30,004 nucleotides of DNA. It comes from a virus. Taxonomy: Duplodnaviria > Heunggongvirae > Uroviricota > Caudoviricetes. This document shows, piece after piece, positions 17,544 through 25,030 of this stretch (the first letter of the stretch is position 1; the number at the start of each line of letters is the position of its first letter). The stretch lies in IMG/VR virus record IMGVR_UViG_2872198387_000003. One strand, given 5' to 3'. Below the pieces are notes generated by a model. The model worked only from the letters and a program-made list of their open reading frames with translations, ran no database searches and was not told the DNA's origin. Both the position numbers and the translations under genes were made by a program.

Positions 17544-18362
17544 TTAAGCAGCCATCTGATGATATTTTTCCCTGAAGGCTGCCGGGGAGATATTCCCCAG
17601 ACGAGAGTGACGACGCTGACGATTGTAGAAAATCTCAATGTATTCCCGTATTACTGAGATGGCTTCATCCCGGTTATTAAAACGATAGTGGCTCAGGCTC
17701 TCATTTTTCAGCGTTCCCCAGAAGCTTTCCATCGGAGCGTTGTCGTAACAGTTACCTTTACGCGACATTGATGTTTTCAGACCAGACTGCTCCTGTATGA
17801 CCCGGTAATCGTATGCGCAGTACTGTGAACCTCGATCAGAGTGGTGGATTAGCCCGGCAGGTGGGCGCTGGCTCCTGAGCGCCATAAACAGGGCTTTACC
17901 TGTCAGCTCTTTTGTCATGCGCTCTCCCATGGCGTAGCCGACAATTTCACACGTATAAACATCTTTGATGCCAGCGAGGTACAACCATCCCTCCTGTGTG
18001 GCAACATACGTCAGGTCCGCCACCCAGACCTGATTTGGTGCTGTAGGAGCGAACGTCTGGTTCAGCAGATTTGGCGCAACTGGCAGATTGTGGTTCGGGT
18101 TCGTAGTCGCTCTGAACTTGCGTTTCTGCTTACAGCGTAGCCTTAGCTCCTTACGAAGACGTGCCAGTCGGTCACGACCAACGATGATGCCATTCTCTGC
18201 CAGCTCCGTCTGGAGCCGCCGGGTTCCATATGTTTCGCGAGTGCGGATATGTGCCACCTTAATCTCCAGTTTTAGCCGCTCATCACTTTGTTTTCTGTCT
18301 GAGGGTTCATGCTGTACCCAGTTGTAATAACCGCTCCTGGATACACCAAATACCTGACACAT
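17544..18362 (-). CDS. IS600 OrfB
   Basis: Identical 272-aa ORF. Confidence 0.9.
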   Translation of the reverse strand: MCQVFGVSRSGYYNWVQHEPSDRKQSDERLKLEIKVAHIRTRETYGTRRLQTELAENGIIVGRDRLARLRKELRLRCKQKRKFRATTNPNHNLPVAPNLLNQTFAPTAPNQVWVADLTYVATQEGWLYLAGIKDVYTCEIVGYAMGERMTKELTGKALFMALRSQRPPAGLIHHSDRGSQYCAYDYRVIQEQSGLKTSMSRKGNCYDNAPMESFWGTLKNESLSHYRFNNRDEAISVIREYIEIFYNRQRRHSRLGNISPAAFREKYHQMAA

Positions 18363-18397
18363 CGCTTCAATGGGAAATTGTTGTCGCCATTGTTCGA

Positions 18398-18700
18398 TTA
18401 ACGCGTATTTTTCAGCGACTCCTGTGCAAAATACGCTGTTGCTTTTTTTAATATATCTCGCTCAAGGCGAGCTTCATTTAACGCCTTACGCAGTTGCAGA
18501 ATTTCAGATTCCAGTTCAGCCACCGTGCGGGAACCAGGAGTACCGAGCCCTTTTCTGGCGGCGGTAACCCATTGTCCTAAAGTGCCTTCAGGAAGAGATA
18601 ATCGGGAAGCGCCTTCACTGATCGAAAGTTGATTTTCAAGAACCGTTCTGACAGCTTCGGCTTTGAACTCTTTAGAGTAACGTTGGGTTTTTCTGCTCAT
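18398..18700 (-). CDS. IS600 OrfA
   Basis: Identical 100-aa ORF. Confidence 0.9.
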   Translation of the reverse strand: MSRKTQRYSKEFKAEAVRTVLENQLSISEGASRLSLPEGTLGQWVTAARKGLGTPGSRTVAELESEILQLRKALNEARLERDILKKATAYFAQESLKNTR

Positions 18701-18842
18701 TATTAGCTCCTTCTGATGCCATTCTATTTCAGGAAGGAGTGTCCGTTAAACTCAGGCTACCTCACTGGTTATGGGTGATCGGGGAGAGAGTTTCAACAGA
18801 GATTTGAGTGGTCATAACGATAACTCCGTACATTTGGAAATT

Positions 18843-18945
18843 ATCGCCACCGACGACGCCAATCGAACTGGTGGCGAACTGTGCAGGGTTGGCGTAACCG
18901 GGTACGGAAACCGGCGAGCCTTTCGGCTCCCCCACACAGCCCGCC
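18843..18945 (-). ncRNA. c4/CI-type structured antisense RNA candidate, copy B
   Basis: Minus-strand hairpins are GAGCC-GAAA-GGCTC, CCGG-tTTCCGTAC-CCGG and TCGCCACC-18 nt-GGTGGCGA. The TCCGTAC loop is complementary to GTACGGA (18825-18831), which overlaps the ant SD GGAG. This copy aligns with copy A at 7339-7450. Confidence 0.65.
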
Positions 18946-18978
18946 ATAAATCGCGAATGTGACTGTGCAAACGATATG

Positions 18979-19000
18979 AAAAAAGACGCGGGCGCGTCTC
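18979..19000 (-). terminator. tR'-like intrinsic terminator of the late leader
   Basis: The minus strand reads AGACGC-gccc-GCGTCT followed by T6, about 65 nt downstream of the predicted pR' start. Confidence 0.8.
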
Positions 19001-19061
19001 ATATCGCTCCGTAAACATCCGGGACGCCAATCCCGACGCCAGATTTTGCTGGCGCGTGAGG

Positions 19062-19091
19062 AATATAGCCCCGGATAACAGATTGAGTCAA
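19062..19091 (-). promoter_or_regulatory. pR'-like late promoter
   Basis: The minus strand reads TTGACT, 18 nt spacer, TATATT. The -35 element contains the Q stop codon TGA, the usual lambdoid position for pR'/qut. Confidence 0.65.
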
Positions 19092-19642
19092 CAAACGGTT
19101 TTTAGATCCCCGGAAGAGAATGCATCACGCATCGGTAGATAGAGCATATATTCAGCAAGATTTAGCCATACATCTACCCGACTGCAGCACGTCCGGAAAC
19201 ACCACTCAGGGTGTGCGTCATTCAGCAATTCAGCCATTTTACGCTTAGTCATCCCCCGCCCTTCATACCGTTGCCGGAGGACACTAATCAATCCAGGATG
19301 CTCTGCCAGCACCTCACTTATGACTCTATCAATACATAACGCCTCTGCATCAGTACAATGCGCCAGCCAGGTCTTTTGCTTGCCATTGATCATCTCTCGC
19401 AAAAACGCTTCCAGCTCAGGTTTCTCTATTCCCGCTTTTTTCATCCTGCGCAGGGCTTCATTGACGGCTGTTTTCGTCAATTTTTTGGATGCCAGCAACT
19501 GGTTAAACATATTTCCCGTCTTACCGCCGCCAATATACGACCAGCGCCCCCACATGCGCAGTTTTCCCTGAATCCAGACACTTTCCAGCGTGGTGAGACG
19601 AAGGTGTTCCCCGCTTTTGCCTGTATTTGTTGGGTAAATCAT
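19088..19642 (-). CDS. late-gene antiterminator Q (Phage_antitermQ type)
   Basis: 184 aa from MIYPTNTGKSGEHLRLTTLESVWIQGKLRMWGRWSYIGGGKTGNMFNQLL.... The start overlaps the upstream stop (ATGA). The ORF-track start at 19762 overlaps the preceding gene and was rejected. Confidence 0.8.
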   Translation of the reverse strand: MIYPTNTGKSGEHLRLTTLESVWIQGKLRMWGRWSYIGGGKTGNMFNQLLASKKLTKTAVNEALRRMKKAGIEKPELEAFLREMINGKQKTWLAHCTDAEALCIDRVISEVLAEHPGLISVLRQRYEGRGMTKRKMAELLNDAHPEWCFRTCCSRVDVWLNLAEYMLYLPMRDAFSSGDLKTVC

Positions 19643-19929
19643 AAATAACCTTCCTTTCTCCAGATTTCTTGTGTGCGAAAAACACCTTCTGCATGCATCA
19701 GGCGTAATTCTTCTTTGGTGTAATCGCTGGTTTTTACCCGCCCGTCGATTAAATCGTGGCATGAGCTACAGGCAATCGCTGCCTGCATATCGTGTGGTTT
19801 TGTCGCTGTTCCGCACGTCCCCGCCAGCCTGTAATGCGCCAGCACAGAAGTTTCGGGATTGTGATTGCAGTAGCCAGGAATTCTGACGGTGCACATCTGC
19901 CCCCGCGCCGCTTTACGTAAATCCACCAT
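19639..19929 (-). CDS. YbcO-like nin-region protein (DUF1364)
   Basis: 96 aa MVDLRKAARGQMCTVRIPGYCNHNPETSVLAHYRLAGTCGTATKPHD...ACSSCHDLIDGR resembles remembered DLP12 YbcO. Confidence 0.7.
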   Translation of the reverse strand: MVDLRKAARGQMCTVRIPGYCNHNPETSVLAHYRLAGTCGTATKPHDMQAAIACSSCHDLIDGRVKTSDYTKEELRLMHAEGVFRTQEIWRKEGYL

Positions 19930-20528
19930 TACGCAAACTCCAGTAACTGCGCGGCCACATTTTCGACTTCCTCCGGAGAGGAAAATTTACGGAACAGGAT
20001 CCAGTTCCACAGCACATTCAGTACAGATTTATAAACCTGCTGAAACTCGGTTTCGTCCATGTTCGCAAATGCGATAGATTTTGCCCTGCGCCCACGACTA
20101 CCATCAGGATAAATATGCTCGGTGTAAAATCCGGCCTGAATGGTTACCCACTCGCGGAAAGCGTCAAACGACTTTAGCAATGCCGTATCCCGGGTTCTGC
20201 ATGTCGCAACTGTATTAAGGTATTGCTCTGCGGCATCACTCAGGGCTGGAGTGTGTTCCCGACCTACTGATTCGCACAGGTAATCAACGAAGCCTGATAC
20301 CAGTTTTCGTTCGCGAGGCGTGATCGCCCCACCGACCGGAGTCCAGTAATCAAATCCCAGTTGCAGGAGTTTGAAAAAACGCTTGTGGAATGCGTAGTTA
20401 CGCACACGCTTAAAGTCTGCGTGTATCCACTCACCTATTTTGATTTGATGCAAAAAATCGCAACTCTCCGGCGTCGCCGGGAGAAGTAATCCGGAAGAGG
20501 TTTGTTTGACCAGTTGTATATGCGCCAT
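19929..20528 (-). CDS. lambdoid nin-region protein (DUF1367-like)
   Basis: 199-aa ORF with SD GGAGAA upstream and a TAATG overlap with the next gene. The family assignment is from memory only. Confidence 0.6.
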   Translation of the reverse strand: MAHIQLVKQTSSGLLLPATPESCDFLHQIKIGEWIHADFKRVRNYAFHKRFFKLLQLGFDYWTPVGGAITPRERKLVSGFVDYLCESVGREHTPALSDAAEQYLNTVATCRTRDTALLKSFDAFREWVTIQAGFYTEHIYPDGSRGRRAKSIAFANMDETEFQQVYKSVLNVLWNWILFRKFSSPEEVENVAAQLLEFA

Positions 20529-20661
20529 CGTAGTTCTCCGCTGGCGCAGTAGAATGGGTGTTCAGCCCGTTATGTAGTATACCAGAATTAATGCCAATAC
20601 TAACAGGGTAATGCTGCCAACTTACTGATTTAGTGTATGATGGTGATTTTAAGGTGCTTGC

Positions 20662-20937
20662 GTGGCTTCCATTTCCATCAGATGTCCTTCCTGCTCCGCT
20701 ACTGAAGGCGTGGTGCGTAACGGCAAAAGCACTGCCGGACATCAGCGCTATCTCTGCTCTCATTGCCGTAAAACATGGCAACTACAGTTCACTTACACCG
20801 CCTCTCAGCCCGGTACGCACCAGAAAATCATTGATATGGCCATGAATGGCGTCGGATGTCGCGCCAGTGCACGCATTATGGGCGTTGGCCTCAACACGGT
20901 TTTACGTCACTTAAAAAACTCAGGCCGCAGTCGGTAA
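20662..20937 (+). CDS. insA: IS1 InsA
   Basis: 91 aa [48 protein letters not shown]... Confidence 0.9.
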   Translation: MASISIRCPSCSATEGVVRNGKSTAGHQRYLCSHCRKTWQLQFTYTASQPGTHQKIIDMAMNGVGCRASARIMGVGLNTVLRHLKNSGRSR

Positions 20938-21359
20938 CCTCGCGCATACAACCGGGCAGTGATGTGATTGTCTGCGCTGAAATGGACGAACATTGGGGCT
21001 ACGTCGGTGCTAAATCACGTCAGCGCTGGCTGTTTTACGCGTATGACAGGATACGGAGGACGGTTGTGGCGCACGTCTTCGGTGAACGCACTCTGGCCAC
21101 ACTGGAGCGTCTTCTGAGCCTGCTGTCGGCCTTTGAGGTCGTGGTATGGATGACGGATGGCTGTCCGCTGTATGAATCACGCCTGAAGGGAAAGCTGCAC
21201 GTTATCAGCAAGCGTTACACTCAGCGCATTGAGCGACATAATCTGAATCTGAGACAACATCTGGCAAGGCTGGTACGGAAGTCACTGTCGTTCTCAAAAT
21301 CGGTGGAGCTGCATGACAAGGTCATCGGGCATTATCTGAACATAAAACACTATCAGTAA
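20856..21359 (+). CDS. insB: IS1 InsB (expressed as an InsAB' fusion)
   Basis: 167-aa ORF in the -1 frame relative to insA. Confidence 0.9.
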   Translation: MSRQCTHYGRWPQHGFTSLKKLRPQSVTSRIQPGSDVIVCAEMDEHWGYVGAKSRQRWLFYAYDRIRRTVVAHVFGERTLATLERLLSLLSAFEVVVWMTDGCPLYESRLKGKLHVISKRYTQRIERHNLNLRQHLARLVRKSLSFSKSVELHDKVIGHYLNIKHYQ

Positions 21360-21376
21360 GTTGGAGTCATTACCTA

Positions 21377-21628
21377 CTAACAGGATGCTCTGACTCGCAA
21401 TTCATCCAGCAGTTTATCATTTCCCATAATGTCACTTACCCTCATCGGTAAAAAAATTGCCTTTCGACCATTACGATACATTATTGATTTTGGGGTTTCA
21501 GGGAAGTAATCCATTTCGACTATAACTGACAGGTCATCACGACGTATGACTGCGTATTTGCTACTAAATAGTTTCTTTATTTTTTCCACGATGCCCCCAG
21601 GTTTATAAGTACAAACGGTTATATCCAC
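21377..21628 (-). CDS. hypothetical protein (AT-rich moron candidate)
   Basis: 83-codon ORF with a GTG start and no SD. An internal GTG (VEKIKKLF...) has a GGGGG upstream. The stop lies inside the IS1 target duplication. No recognisable family. Confidence 0.3.
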   Translation of the reverse strand: MDITVCTYKPGGIVEKIKKLFSSKYAVIRRDDLSVIVEMDYFPETPKSIMYRNGRKAIFLPMRVSDIMGNDKLLDELRVRASC

Positions 21629-21784
21629 ATAGAGACAAAAATATTAATCTGATAAATATTTATTTCACGCCGTATATTTGATTGTTTAATGTGCAAGTAC
21701 AATGACTTTTATTTTTTGTTGTGTATATAATCAAATATATGGTTATTTTTCACCCTGCGTATTCAGCACGCAACAAAAAACCCG

Positions 21785-21806
21785 CCGAAGCGGGTTTAGT
21801 GCGGGT
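21785..21806 (-). terminator. intrinsic terminator at the 3' end of the hok mRNA
   Basis: The minus strand reads AAACCCGC-ttcg-GCGGGTTTTTT. Confidence 0.8.
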
Positions 21807-21864
21807 GCGTTGAGGATGCCTGACACATGAGAGGTGGCGAGGGATTTCTCCCCCGCCTGGTCTC

Positions 21865-22020
21865 TTACTCCTCAGGTTCGTAAGCTGTGAAGACAGCGAC
21901 CTCCGTCTGGCCGGTTCGGATTCGTACCTCGCAGAGGTCTTTCCTCGTTACCAGTGCCGTCACTATGACGGTTAAACAGATGACGATCAGGGCGATTAAC
22001 ATCGCCTTTTGCTGCTTCAT
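21865..22020 (-). CDS. hok: Hok/Gef-family type I toxin
   Basis: 51 aa MKQQKAMLIALIVICLTVIVTALVTRKDLCEVRIRTGQTEVAVFTAYEPEE (HokD/RelF-like). An in-frame upstream ATG at 22077 gives a 70-aa Mok-like form, as in mokC/hokC. Confidence 0.9.
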   Translation of the reverse strand: MKQQKAMLIALIVICLTVIVTALVTRKDLCEVRIRTGQTEVAVFTAYEPEE

Positions 22021-22068
22021 AGCCTGCTTCTCCTTGCCTTTCGGCACGTAAGAGGCTAACCTACATTT

Positions 22069-22143
22069 GTGAGACATAGATTGGGCCTCAGATTAATGTT
22101 AAGCGTCTTGCAGGACGCGTAATGTTAACTGGGGCTTTTCTCT
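22069..22143 (+). ncRNA. sok: Sok-like antisense RNA
   Basis: Plus-strand promoter TTGCCT, 17 nt spacer, TAACCT (22034-22062). The transcript GTGAGACATAGATTGGGCC...ACTGGGGCTTTTCTCTG is antisense to the mok start region and parallels remembered R1 Sok (..GACATAGGG...ACGGGGCTATCTTCTTTCTG). Confidence 0.6.
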
Positions 22144-22358
22144 GTCTGCCTTACAGTGGCATGCCCGAGGCAGACAGCCTCAAGCACCCGCAGCAATCTT
22201 ACCGATACCGATAAGAAAACGCTATTTTTTATTGCCAGCACCTTCTATCCAGGCTAATTTATCTGCGTCAGAACGGCGCAATGCGCTCGCCTGAGATACG
22301 TTTACTTGCCATGGTAACAACAGGTAACGGCAATTGCTGTTTCTGTTTTGTTTCCTTC

Positions 22359-22389
22359 AAAAACCCCGGACCATCAATCCGGGGTTTTT
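22359..22389. terminator. bidirectional intrinsic terminator
   Basis: AAAAA-CCCCGGA-ccatcaa-TCCGGGG-TTTTT. On the minus strand it closes the DUF551/peptide operon just before the hok locus. Confidence 0.8.
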
Positions 22390-22394
22390 GTTTG

Positions 22395-22478
22395 TTAACC
22401 CCAACGGCAAATCGAATACACCACCAGCGCCACCGCCATCGCAATTCCTACCGTGGTGAATGCCTCAGGCCAGGTCAT
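22395..22478 (-). CDS. 27-aa hydrophobic peptide (unannotated small ORF)
   Basis: MTWPEAFTTVGIAMAVALVVYSICRWG. AGGAGG lies 6 nt upstream. The ATGA overlaps the DUF551 stop, and a terminator lies 6 nt after its stop. Confidence 0.55.
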   Translation of the reverse strand: MTWPEAFTTVGIAMAVALVVYSICRWG

Positions 22479-22840
22479 TGATTCACCTCCTGCGGTGGTT
22501 CCGGTAGCGGCATCCAGTGAGTTGAGCTCTCTACTTCAACGCCGTCTTTGTCCACAAAAGCCATCTTATTCCCGCCACGAGTGGGGCAAAAAACCTTATC
22601 CCAGGAACCGGGGAATACATTCCCGAGATCATCGAGAAGAATCACATCGCAATATTCAGCAGGAACTGCATCACTACAGCTTATCCAGCCAGCCAGAGTT
22701 ACCGGAGAGTTGCCAGCCTTACGCATGGCCATTTCCACGATTTCAACCATATCTCCTGGTGGAATTTTACAAAGTTGCCCAATACATTTCTGCTGCCTGG
22801 CATATTCGAGAATGTGCTCCAGTTTGGTTCGATTAATCAT
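22475..22840 (-). CDS. DUF551-type phage protein
   Basis: 121 aa ending ...HWMPLPEPPQEVNQ, the typical DUF551 WMPLPEPP motif. TAATG overlap with the upstream gene. Confidence 0.7.
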   Translation of the reverse strand: MINRTKLEHILEYARQQKCIGQLCKIPPGDMVEIVEMAMRKAGNSPVTLAGWISCSDAVPAEYCDVILLDDLGNVFPGSWDKVFCPTRGGNKMAFVDKDGVEVESSTHWMPLPEPPQEVNQ

Positions 22841-23505
22841 TATTTATCTCCCTTAAGCATGGCAGCGCGGCAGGCGTTCCAGCCATCAACATAATCAAAC
22901 GTATTACTATCGTTTGGCCCGATTTCATCCGGCACTATCGGCTCTGGTTGGATAGTGACGTTGGCAAAGGCAGCACGCAAACCGGTTTTAATTTCTTCGA
23001 TTTCATCAGAGCCAAGCGATGAATCTGACAGTGCGTGATGGAATGCGTAAGCCATGTCGTCGTTTACTGCAACCGGCACTGCCGGCGCTGCGTAAAGCGG
23101 TGTTATATCTGCCCGAAAATCACATGCTTTATGCAGTCGTACCCAACGCTCAACTTCCGCTTTGTAAAAATATATAGCAGTGAACGTATTAGATTCCTGG
23201 TCAACTTGAGTAAACGTCACCTTCCACGCTACAGCTACGGCTTTCCATCCATCAGGTTGTCGCATTCGCGGGGCAGCATAAAGCTCATGCATTCCATCAG
23301 GCAGCGAGTGACCCACATACTCACCGAACCCGTCAATACACATGCCCCCATCTTCAACAATGCATTCCGCTACAGGCTCTGCTTCCAGTGATGCCAGAGC
23401 GATAAGCGCCAGTTCACGAATTTCACCGCCGTCTATATCGTCAATATCATCGCGGCCAGAAATGTTAGCCAGCCATTGCAGTCGCTCTTTGGTAATAGTA
23501 GTCAT
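22840..23505 (-). CDS. hypothetical acidic phage protein
   Basis: 221-aa ORF with an ATGA overlap with the HNH gene. It contains an internal repeated (E)LYAAP motif. No confident family. Confidence 0.6.
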   Translation of the reverse strand: MTTITKERLQWLANISGRDDIDDIDGGEIRELALIALASLEAEPVAECIVEDGGMCIDGFGEYVGHSLPDGMHELYAAPRMRQPDGWKAVAVAWKVTFTQVDQESNTFTAIYFYKAEVERWVRLHKACDFRADITPLYAAPAVPVAVNDDMAYAFHHALSDSSLGSDEIEEIKTGLRAAFANVTIQPEPIVPDEIGPNDSNTFDYVDGWNACRAAMLKGDK

Positions 23506-23867
23506 GCCGTAGCCCCTTCTTGATATTTTTCAAACCAGAACACAACCGGGTCAGATTTCATTTCAACCAATCCCATACGAACCAGCGCTTTGCCTTTCCC
23601 GGACGCAAGGAATTCACGACGACCATCACTGATAATTCGTCGATAATCTTCCAGGCTACTGCAATGCTTGTGCAGATTGCATGGGTGGCATTCTGGTACC
23701 ATGTTGGATATATCGTCACGTTCCTGGTGAAGCATATTTCCATCAAAACGAATGACCGGTTTTACATGGTCTGCATGCCACTTTTCGCCAAGTTCGCAGC
23801 CGCAATAAGCGCAGCGACCACCGAACTTCATGCGCAGTTCTGCACGTTGTTTTTTCGTCAGTGCCAT
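23502..23867 (-). CDS. HNH endonuclease
   Basis: 121 aa from MALTKKQRAELRMKFGGRCAYCGCELGEKWHADHVKPV...PECHPCNLHK (CxxC, HxxH, N and CxxC). SD AAGGAA upstream. The ORF-track start at 23957 was rejected. Confidence 0.8.
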   Translation of the reverse strand: MALTKKQRAELRMKFGGRCAYCGCELGEKWHADHVKPVIRFDGNMLHQERDDISNMVPECHPCNLHKHCSSLEDYRRIISDGRREFLASGKGKALVRMGLVEMKSDPVVFWFEKYQEGATA

Positions 23868-23868
23868 A

Positions 23869-24087
23869 TCAGCTTTCCTTATACGGATTAATTTTATTGT
23901 GCAGTGTGTTGAATGACGCCCATACCACGTCGTTATACAATTCAATAACTGGCTCAATTATTTTTCCGATTATCCAGACAAAAATTTGCGGGGATATCGG
24001 TGTCATCAACACGATAAACAGAATGAGAAACAGGAATTCTGTTGTTCTACTCTTTCGCGGATATTTTTTTCTAAATAATGTAACCAT
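23869..24087 (-). CDS. small membrane protein (hypothetical)
   Basis: 72 aa with the TM segment FLFLILFIVLMTPISPQIFVWIIG. The stop is 1 nt before the HNH ATG and its 3' end contains the HNH SD. AT-rich. Confidence 0.4.
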   Translation of the reverse strand: MVTLFRKKYPRKSRTTEFLFLILFIVLMTPISPQIFVWIIGKIIEPVIELYNDVVWASFNTLHNKINPYKES

Positions 24088-24179
24088 TCATTACCGCCCT
24101 TTCGGGCGGTCTCCTGATGATTTGAGGGTGCAGAAATCCCTCCGGTTAAGGATTAAATTTTTAACAGTGCTAAATTTAA

Positions 24180-24536
24180 TTATTCAGTTCTGGATTTTGT
24201 CGCCCTGCGTATCCGCGCTTTCGCGTTACGCTCAATCTGTATCAGCTTTTCTATATTTCTCCGCCTTTCCTGTTCCTCCTGGCGCAATAGCCTTACATCA
24301 TCTGCCAGTCTGGTTTCTCTTTTTGCCACAGAGAGCATCCAGTCAAACGGCTCCACAACCGCACCGCAGATTTTACAGCGGACCTGACGCTCTTTTTCGT
24401 CAACCCGTACAGAGGCGTGATGGCAATATGGTCTTTCCGATGGCTTATAAAGAAAATTAACCTGATTACGAGGGTCATCCTCTTTTATCGGAAATAAAAC
24501 GATATTGCTTAACTCATCTTCTGGTTTTATTTCCAT
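24180..24536 (-). CDS. zinc-ribbon / coiled-coil phage protein (hypothetical)
   Basis: 118 aa from MEIKPEDELSNIVLF... after AGGAGAGGAG. It has C-H...CxxC followed by a basic helix. An alternative ATG lies at 24593. Confidence 0.6.
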   Translation of the reverse strand: MEIKPEDELSNIVLFPIKEDDPRNQVNFLYKPSERPYCHHASVRVDEKERQVRCKICGAVVEPFDWMLSVAKRETRLADDVRLLRQEEQERRRNIEKLIQIERNAKARIRRATKSRTE

Positions 24537-24593
24537 GCTCCTCTCCTTTGATGCGAATGCCAGCGGTAATTGAAGCCTGATAGCTAATTTCAT

Positions 24594-25016
24594 TCACAGT
24601 ATCGCCTCCTGAAAATTACCCTGATAGAAAGCCAGTACACGCTGCATAGCTTCGCTCTTCCGGCACTCGCGACAGATTATATTCAGGCGCCTGTCGTAGC
24701 GGCGTATTTCTCCGTCAGGTAATGACCAGATAAGGTCCGGATCAACAACAACCGGTTTCCTCACCTTTACTCTCGAGAGTTTTTTGCGGGCGCTTTGCCA
24801 GTCCTTGCGAGCCTGTTCAGACGGGAATAAGCCGTAGCCAGAATTATATACATCACCACTTGCGACCAGTTCTATGCATAAGCGACCGACAGACGCACGA
24901 CTGATACCTGTTTCATCGGACAACTGCCGAATCGTGACCCGACCGTCCTGATGCACGAGTTCCACAATTCGCGTCTTCAGTTCTTCCCGCTGTTCGGGAG
25001 TAAAAGGTTTCGCCAT
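24594..25016 (-). CDS. winged-helix DNA-binding protein (YdaW/DUF977-like)
   Basis: 140 aa after AGGAGG. N-terminal wHTH ...GRVTIRQLSDETGISRASVGRLCIELVASGDV. It follows the DnaC-like gene, as ydaW does in Rac. Confidence 0.55.
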   Translation of the reverse strand: MAKPFTPEQREELKTRIVELVHQDGRVTIRQLSDETGISRASVGRLCIELVASGDVYNSGYGLFPSEQARKDWQSARKKLSRVKVRKPVVVDPDLIWSLPDGEIRRYDRRLNIICRECRKSEAMQRVLAFYQGNFQEAIL

Positions 25017-25030
25017 AAATCCTCCTGAAA

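Larger units (their letters stand above)
17501..18764 (-). mobile_element. IS600 copy 3, simple insertion
   Basis: 1264 bp, flanked by the direct repeat CTG (17498-17500 and 18765-18767). Confidence 0.95.
16991..18815 (-). pseudogene. phage antirepressor-type protein (ORF6N/Ant-like), interrupted by IS600
   Basis: MTTQISVETLSPITHNQ (18765-18815) continues as IPVITTELLAQLYGTEPVRIRQNHHENKVRFVEGKHFFKV... (16991-17500). The Q codon CAG is duplicated as the IS600 TSD. The original protein was 185 aa. Confidence 0.75.
20607..21374 (+). mobile_element. IS1, simple insertion
   Basis: 768 bp with ends GGTAATGCTGCCAACTTACTGAT ... ATCAGTAAGTTGGAGTCATTACC. 9-bp direct repeat TACTAACAG (20598-20606 and 21375-21383). 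Confidence 0.95.

Noticed and set aside
19088-19762. The long 224-aa version of the Q ORF starting at 19762.
   Set aside because: The first 40 codons overlap the ybcO-like gene in another frame. The internal ATG at 19642 overlaps the upstream stop (ATGA) and gives a typical Q length.
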